From NCBI GenBank assembly GCA_964016885.1, contig OZ024746.1, positions 91,078,001 through 91,142,000 of the forward strand: a stretch of 64,000 nt of DNA. The letters run 5' to 3'. The notes below the pieces were generated by a model. It was given only the letters and a program-made list of their open reading frames with translations, was not told where the DNA came from and did not search any database. The stretch is from Eledone cirrhosa. Its lineage: Eukaryota. This document shows positions 56,322-64,000 of the stretch, piece after piece (position 1 is the stretch's first letter; each line of letters starts with the position of its first letter). A program made the position numbers and the translations under genes.

Positions 56322-58254
56322 TATAGCGAAGATACTGGGTTGTATGAATGTAACACGGAGACATGGTTTGTGTGTATAATATTTAATCAACAATTTAACA
56401 GTATAGTTGACATGTTAATGAATAAACGAAAGAATGAAGCAAAGTTAGTAGTTACCATTTTGATTGCCAGGCAAACGCGAGACGCCTGGCGAAGGCCAGG
56501 TGCCGGAAGGGCAAATGAGAGGGAGAGAGCCGAAGGCTATTCGTTTTATAGGGCTCTGCCGGAAGTTACAGAAAGGGTTCTACTTCCCGTCTAGATGTTG
56601 TTAATCTATTGGGGTTGTGAGTCACAACAAGGGAGACAACCGCTACATAACCTCCCGCCAGAATTTTAGAATATAAAAATCGCATGAAATATGTAGCAAG
56701 TTGGCGAGAATGTTGTAACAGGCATGAAAATTACGACAAAAGAATGTTTGCAAAAATCAATGATAGATATCAAGGTAGCCAACCGCTCTTGGCCAGAGAA
56801 CGACTGGACATCTATCTATCCATCACCCAAAGATACAATGTAATAAAGTAAGAGAAGAGCTCAAAGTTCAAATGTACAAAATATAGTTCACAGGTGTGCA
56901 ATCACATGACAGCAGGAAAGAAAGTGTGTTCCAGAGAATGAATGCAGGTGGTTTCTGTTCTGTGGTATATCGTGAAATTTCCAACCTCCGAATGGATTTT
57001 CTCACAGGAAGAGTGCTGCAAAAATAAATTCTCTGGCTTGTTCTGCTGGTTTTGGTTGTTGGTGAAGCTGTGTTGCTGTCTCGCGGAGTGAGCGTATTCG
57101 GTGTTTAAATTCACAGTAAAAAAAATTTTTTCAGAAAAAATGAGTTGCGCAAAGTGCTAGAAATAACAGCCGAAGTTGATGGTCGATGTTGAGAATGCGT
57201 TGACCTGGAAGGGTCAAGAGGCCAGCGACCAAAGAAATAAGCATTCTGAATAAATGCGCAGTTTTCAACGGCAAATTTACGTGGTAAATTTTTAAACCGG
57301 CAAATGGGAGAATATAGCTTAAGGCTGAAGAATCCTTGGCGAGAAACGTTATCTCTGGCGTGCGGCTATCTCTGTGAGTCGAGAATTTGTGCTGCCCACA
57401 CGTGCCAACACAAGGTTGAAAAAATATTTCTAACGCGCGAGAAAATGATAGTACAAGTGTGAAAGTGACAATGATGAAAAAGAAAGGCTTCACTTAGCAT
57501 AATTATTGGTGTGAACTTTGGAAAAAAAAACTTGAACGATGAAGAAAACGATGAAAAAAAAGGCAATGGTTCATCGAAAATAAATGTTCCTGTTGAAATG
57601 TTTTTTAAAGAATATCAAATTTCTTTCTTTTTTTTTTTTTTTTTTGAAAGTGTTCGTTGTAAGAAACGAGAAACATATATATATATATCGTGAAATGCGA
57701 CAGTTAGTTGATGCGTGAGTGAAAAAGTCTGTCTGTGCGAAAATTTCACATGTGCGTGGTGTGTTCGTTTCTTTTACTGAGTATTTTCCTAGTTTGTCAA
57801 TAAATTTGCTGTGTATTCGTAATGTTACTCACAACACCAGATTCCGCTATTTTTTTCTTTTTTCGGGGTGACCACTTATAGCGATGAACGGCTGCGTGTT
57901 CGTATCACGTCAGGGTTACCAATATAGTGAAGATACTGAGCTGCACGAACGCAACAAGGAGACGCCGCTTGTGTGTATAATATTTAATCAACAATTTAAC
58001 AGTATAGTTGATATGTCAATGAATAAACGAAAGAATGAAGCAAAGTTAGTAGTTACCGTTTTGATTGCCAGGCAAACGCGGCTGGCAGAAGACGCCTGGC
58101 CTTCGCCAGGCGCCGGTAGGGCTAATGAGAGGGAGAGAGCCGAAGGCTATTCGTTTTATAGGGCTCTGCCGGAAGTTACAGAAAGGGTTCTACTTCCCGT
58201 CTAGATGTTAATCTATTGGGGTTGTGAGTCACAACAAGGGAGACAACCGCTACA
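56322..58254 (-). mobile_element. non-autonomous LTR retrotransposon (Gypsy, CsRn1-like by PBS and TSD): 5' LTR 57923-58254, 3' LTR 56322-56647
   Basis: Direct repeats of 332 and 326 bp with TGTAG...CTATA termini; 4-bp TSD GTAT (56318-56321 / 58255-58258); tRNA-Trp PBS next to the 5' LTR; purine tract GGCGGGAGG before the 3' LTR; no recognisable gag/pol. Confidence 0.88.
57890..57921 (-). promoter_or_regulatory. extended tRNA-Trp primer binding site
   Basis: Plus strand GGCTGCGTGTTCGTATCACGTCAGGGTTACCA versus the recalled metazoan tRNA-Trp 3' end GGCTGCGTGTTCGAATCACGTCGGGGTCACCA, 29/32 matches. Confidence 0.85.
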
Positions 58255-58346
58255 GTATATACCAACTACTTCACTACTGGATGGATGTGCATGGCCACCA
58301 GCATATCACAATGATTGCATAACTGCACCAATGATCATGTAAGGAT

Positions 58347-58398
58347 CTGATGAAGTCACATGAATAACCATGTAACAGAAATATATATATTGCAATAA
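58347..58398 (+). ncRNA. partly decayed minimal hammerhead motif (Penelope-like)
   Basis: CTGATGA-A-GTCACATG-AATAAC-CATGTAAC-A-GAAA-TATATATA followed by AATAAA; stem I does not pair well. Confidence 0.5.
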
Positions 58399-59734
58399 AC
58401 AATTATGGTGATTTAATCCCGTCTTAACTACCATTATTTGATGGGCGGTGGATTGGCAGTATCGGTAGAGAGTCGGACACCATGCTTTGAAGCATAGAGT
58501 TACGTCCCTTTATTATCTGCGGTCAAATTCCGCCGAGGTTAACTTTGCCTTTCATCCTTACGGGGTCGATAAAATAAAGTACCAGTAATACACTGGGTAT
58601 TTGCTGGCCTAAGTAGAAACAATTATTTGATATGTATCAACTGGTCCTTTTCTTCCGATATCATTTCGGAAGAAGGATCAGGATGGAGAGAGAGGTGCTC
58701 CACCCCAGCCAGTTTTATGAAAGGTGGGTGAATGGGCCTTCTCTCTATATCAGCCTGTAGGTGAAAAAGATGGAAGAACAAGGGAGCACCCTCTCTCTCT
58801 GTGCTCCTGAGGAGAAGGATTGCACACTTTTTCGGGGGTGTGTGCAACCCCCCAAAACGCCTCCTCCCTATTGAGGACTTTATTGTTAATTTTATATTTA
58901 TTTGTTTTTTTACTCGTTCTTTTGTGTAACCCCCCCCCCTTTGTATTTGTCCCCTTCTTTTGTACCCTCGTGGCAATAAATAGAAACATATCTATATATA
59001 TATATATATATATATACTGTCTAACCCATGCTGGTGTGGAAGATGGACGTTAAATGATGATGCTGATGATATATAATATATATATATATATATATAATTG
59101 TTTCTACTTTTGGCACAAGGCCAGCAATTACCCAGTGTATTACTGGTACTTTATTTTATCGACCCCCGTAAGGATGAAAGGCAAAGTTAACCTCAGCGGG
59201 ATTTGAATTCAGACCATAAAGGGCCGTAACTCTATGCTGCTAACAATATGACAATAATAACAGCAATGATGCAATTGATTTTCAATGATAGTACATATTA
59301 TAAAGGAATTAAAAACAACTTCATTGTTCTTGAAATGATGTGTATGATAAAAGGCAACAATAAAGGCTATTAAGTTACCATCTGGCTTATGTCATGTGAT
59401 TTCTAATTGTTGTTTTAAATAATTTTTGACAACATCAAAACCTCAGACAATGTGGAACAAAACTCTTTAGGTTTTCACATGTCTGCTTAGTATCGATTAT
59501 TTTTGTCCATAACTGAAATGGAATTTGTGTTGAGTAGAAGACGAAAATGGAAGCTAACATTAAATTCCTTTTAATAAATTAGTGACATTACAGTCAACAC
59601 TGTCATATATTAAAGATGAGACAAATACTTAACAAATGAAAGGGAAATGCTGTTTCTTTAGCAGCTTTGCAGTTCAATAGGGCAGTGAAACATGGAAGGT
59701 GATAGCAAAGATGACTGACAAACTGAACACTTTC

Positions 59735-61625
59735 CATCATCATCAGTGTTATTACATCCACTTTTCCACACTTGCATGGGTTGGACAGGTCCTTCTCAGC
59801 ACTGCATCTCTCCACATGTCGAGATCCTTTGTCGTCTCTTCTCAGTGATTTGAGCTCAGCTCTCACAACCTCAGCTCAGGTCTTTCTTGGTCTACTGCGA
59901 CTTCCTTCCACTGGCATTTCCTGGCACTTCTTCATCCAACAATCATCATCCATTCACATCACATGTCCAAACCAACATAGTCTTATCTCCTGCACACCAC
60001 CTTGGATATCTCTTAAACCCAACCTCTCCCTCAGCTTGTCCAAGCTCTGCCTCTCTCTCACACATTGCACATCCAAAGCATGGCTGCTTCATTTCTCTCC
60101 AGTCTACATGTCCTCTGCATTTTCACTATCATGCAGCATCACACTTCACACACAGGCATCATACAGTCATCCTTTTGTATGTAGGGAGAAACCTTTTGCA
60201 TCCTCTAAACCAGTGCATCCTCTAAAAGTCTTTCCTTCCTGTTAGCCTACTTGTTATATCTCTTGTGAACCCAACATTATGCCTACTCCCTTTCTACATA
60301 TTGAGCAAAGCCACTCTCCTGAAGGAATCAGGGTCCTATCTTCTCTCTAGTACTTTAGTTTTAGCTAAGTTTAATCTTAGGCCTTTAGGTTCTAAATTCT
60401 GTTTCCATAGTTGGAACTTATTTTCTAGGTCTTTTTTGGTTTTAGCTATAAGGACCAGATCACCCACATAGAGAAGTTTCCATGGGTAGCCAGTCTTAAA
60501 CTCCTCTGTTATAGCTTGGAGGACTATAATGAATAGTAGTGGGCTAAGAAGTGAACCTTGATGAACTCCTCCTGTACCTTGAATTCCTCACAAAACTCAT
60601 TTCCTACTCTCACTTTACTGACAGCTCCTCTGTACATGGCTTGCACTACTCTCACCAACCATTCTTCCTTAAGGACCACCAGATAATAGATTGAGGTACT
60701 CTGTCAAACACTTTTTCTAGATCAACAAAAGCTAAATATAGTGGCACATCTTTGGCTAGAAACTTCTCTTGTAGTTGTCTCACTAAAAAGAGGGCCTCTA
60801 TAGTACTTTCCCCAGGCATGAAACCAAACTGCATCTCATCTATTTTGACTCTTTCCCTAATTATCTGCGTGAGAACTCTGTCACTTTCATAACTTGGTCC
60901 ACTAGTTTTATTCCTCTATAGTTGCTCCTCTCTAGGGCATCACCTTTGCTCTTGTAGCATTTTATGATTGTACTCCTGTGCCGGTCATTGGCTATGACAC
61001 CGTCCTGTATTACTTGATTGACTATACGGGTCACTAGTTTCATTCCTACTTCTCCCGATGCAGCATCGCAGCAGTTACATCAGATGGTCCGGCAGCTTTA
61101 CCATTTTTCATCTATTTAAACCTTCTAACTGTCAACTTCAATAGCTGGCCCTTCTATTGGTTGGGTTGGGCGTAGATTCTCTTCCTACTATTCATTCTCT
61201 ACATTCATCAGTCTTTCATAGTAACATTTCCAGGCCTCTTTCTTTTGTGCGTCAGTGGTTCTAAATAATACACTGATGTTGTTTCTAACACACTTTTCCC
61301 CAACAACATCACAATTCACTCTAACACACTGTCACATCTCAGGACGTTGACAAACTTTCTGCTGTGTATACTTGTTGCCTAGTTTCTCAGCTACCTGGTA
61401 TCAGTCTCTGTTATTCCCTACTGCGTTGTTCCACCACCAGGTTCCCCTTTGGCTGGCTGATGCTCTACTCCAGCCACAAGTCACATCAGTAGTTTGTAAA
61501 ATGTTGTCATGTAAGAATTTCTAGTGATCCTCTACATCATAGCTTGTCACTTCTCTTGCCAAATGCATCCTATATTTTCCTGCATGTCTTGTTCTGTCTT
61601 TTGTTTATTGTGATGTCACTAATAA
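59735..61625 (-). mobile_element. decayed, internally deleted RTE LINE
   Basis: NYRGIKLVDQVMKV, QFGF, FVDLEKVFDRVP motifs and a 3' end with a (TGA) remnant. Confidence 0.88.
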
Positions 61626-61629
61626 CTTG

Positions 61630-61925
61630 TGCTGGTTCTTGGTCGTGGAGGCAGAGTCCTCAAAAACTCCTTCCAGCAGGTCCTGTCAGAAGCAAACATC
61701 TCCAACTAATCCAGCTGGATCCCCAAGCAAGACCAGCCAAGCTCGTGGATGTTATCCAAACATGTTGCGCGAGGTCTATCCTTGGGTCTCCTGCCGGTTG
61801 GTTTTGCCAGTAAAATCTGTCCAGCGATTCATTCCTGAGACATTCTAACCACATGTCCATAGGACTTACTGGAAGGAGTGTTTGAGGACTCTTCCCTCAC
61901 GGCCCTCTCAGGAATAAGAGGGCAA
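61630..61925 (-). mobile_element. 3' fragment of a second RTE-like family (relative at about 39010-39300)
   Basis: Shared GGTCCTGTCAGAAGCAA..CATCTCCAACT...TTCCTGAGACATTCTAACCACATGT sequence; G..PAGDPR..W motif. Confidence 0.55.
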
Positions 61926-62343
61926 AGAAGAAAAACTACTACTACTACTTTCTCAATTCTAAGAAGTATTAGATACTTCCCCTTGTCTGTCGTGGCTTAC
62001 TAGCTCTATATGGATGTTTAAATCGATTAAATAAAAAATAGATAGATATGTTATTTCTACAGAACTGATGTACTAAATAACTAGAGCATGTTTTTTTTTA
62101 TGAAATCCTTTGTTTGCTTATTACTATTATTTCTTCCAAATTAGATCTCTTTGAAAATATTTCTGTTTAACAAATTTGTAATTTCAATATGCGCGTTTGT
62201 GTGTGTATATATGTGTGTGTGTGTGGGTGTGTATCTATATATAAATATATATGTTAGGTAATTCCAAAAGAAAAACAAAGGAAAAAAGAGTGCTCTATGT
62301 ATAGAACAGAACTATTTAATTAGAAAGTGAACAACACAAACTA

Positions 62344-62411
62344 CTCCATTACCAAAGGTTTCTGGATCACAGACAATAATAATATACGTCTGGATCGTTC
62401 GTCAGACAGAG
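62344..62411 (-). ncRNA. type-I hammerhead ribozyme, predicted GUA cleavage
   Basis: Minus strand CTCTGT-CTGACGA-A-CGATC-CAGAC-(13 nt)-GTCTG-T-GATCC-A-GAAA-CC-TTT-GG-TA-ATGGAG. Confidence 0.62.
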
Positions 62412-62611
62412 ATGTTATAGTTAAAAGATATGAAATGAGATTTAAAATCTGTTAAAAATTGGAAGTGAGGCTGGAAAAATAAGGGGAAATATACATAAGA
62501 AAAGAAGGGTAAGAAAACTAATATATAAAAAATAAAAATCACACACATACACACATTCAGATAAAAGGAATATATATATATATATATACATGTATATGCA
62601 TGTATTTATAT

Positions 62612-62651
<40 letters not shown>

Positions 62652-62867
62652 CTATGTGAATGTGTGTATATATATTTATGTTTGTATGTACATATATGTG
62701 TGTGTCTGTATTTAATGTGAAGTACTTTCCAATCCAGTTTCAGTTTTTCAACTGGTAACTTGATAAAACAAGAACTAAAAGAAATATTAGAATAAAATCA
62801 ATAATTTATTGAGATAATCTAACAAAATAGTGAAGAAGTGCTTTGAAAATAAACATCCTGCCATTTC

Positions 62868-63967
62868 ATAACTTGGACAAACTACAGTAGTGTTTTAGTT
62901 AAGAGTTTGGAAACTTCAACAAACTATAGTAGTGTTTTAGTTAACAGTTTGGTAACTTGGACTCACTATAGTAGTATTTTAGTTAACAGTTTGGTAACTT
63001 CAACAAACTATAGTAGTGTTTTAGTGAACAGTTTGGTAACTTGGACAAACTATAGTAGTGTTTTAGTTAACAGTTTGTTAACTTGGAAACTATAGTACTG
63101 TTTTAGTTAATAGTTTGGTAACTTGGACAAACTATAGTAGTGTTTTAGTTAACAGTTTGGTAACTTGGACAAACTATAGTAGTGTTTTAGTTAACAGTTT
63201 GGTAACTTGGAAACTATAGTAGTGTTTTAGTGAACAGTTTGGTAACTTCAACAAACTATAGTAGTGTTTTAGTTAACAGTTTGGTAACTTGGACAAACTA
63301 TAGTAATGTTCTAGTTAACAGTTTGGTAACTTGGACAAACTATAGTAGTGTTTTAGTTAACAGTTTGGTAACTTGGAAACTATAGTAGTGTTTTAGTTAA
63401 CAGTTTGGTAACTTCAACAAACTATAGTAGTGTTTTAGTTAACAGTTTGGTAACTTCAACAAACTATAGTACTGTTTTAGTTAACAGTTTGGTAACTTCA
63501 ACAAACTATAGTAGTGTTTTAGTTAACAGTTTGGTAACTTCAACAAACTATAGTAGTGTTTTAGTTAACAGTTTGGTAACTTGGACAAACTATAGTAATG
63601 TTCTAGTTAACAGTTTGGTAACTTGGACAAACTATAGTAGTGTTTTAGTTAACAGTTTGGTAACTTGGAAACTATAGTAGTGTTTTAGTTAACAGTTTGG
63701 TAACTTCAACAAACTATAGTAGTGTTTTAGTTAACAGTTTGGTAACTTCAACAAACTATAGTAGTGTTTTAGTTAACAGTTTGGTAACTTCAACAAACTA
63801 TAGTAGTGTTTTAGTTAACAGTTTGGTAACTTGGAAACTATAGTAGTGTTTTAGTTAACAGTTTGGTAACTTGGAAACTATAGTAGTGTTTTAGTTAACA
63901 GTTTGGTAACTTCAACAAACTATAGTAGTGTTTTAGTTAACAGTTTGGTAACTTCAACAAACTATAA
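62868..63967. repeat. 40-42-bp minisatellite, about 26 copies (AACTATAGTAGTGTTTTAGTTAACAGTTTGGTAACTTGGACA)
   Basis: Direct tandem repeat with three unit variants (..TCAACA, ..GGACA, ..GGA). Confidence 0.92.
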
Positions 63968-64000
63968 TTATGTTTCAGTTTCGATTTATGATCAAATTAT

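Noticed and set aside
57890-57921. tRNA-Trp gene
   Set aside because: Only the 3' 32 nt including CCA are present, next to an LTR, so it is a primer-derived copy and not a gene.
56280-58204. Duplicated small protein genes (104 and 106 aa)
   Set aside because: They are antisense translations of the two LTRs.

Overview
AT-rich, repeat-saturated eukaryotic genomic DNA. The SINE/RTE families and microsatellite load suggest an octopod cephalopod; this is inferred, not proven. One host gene spans the window on the + strand: a complete 9-exon, 267-aa short-chain dehydrogenase orthologous to HSD17B14 (L-fucose dehydrogenase), CDS join(9223..9310,16792..16830,29317..29414,31159..31225,33669..33760,35791..35895,39379..39446,42725..42821,54073..54222). 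All its introns are GT-AG and the ORF track does not recover it as a gene. The rest is mobile DNA: RTE-clade LINE relics, CRE, R4/Dong and Vingi-like fragments, three SINE families, Helitron, hAT, mariner and piggyBac-type non-autonomous elements, a 1.9-kb non-autonomous LTR element, many minisatellites and about 4 kb of (TA/TATG)n. Three things stand out. (1) At least six type-I hammerhead-ribozyme motifs in Penelope/retrozyme-like repeats; four carry A.A at the base of stem II, and two lie in sense in HSD17B14 intron 2. (2) The LTR element has a 32-nt copy of the tRNA-Trp 3' end with a substitution exactly at A58, followed by a second LTR-end+PBS unit. (3) Most minisatellites are amplified pieces of transposons, and one 48-49-bp SINE segment has seeded four separate arrays.
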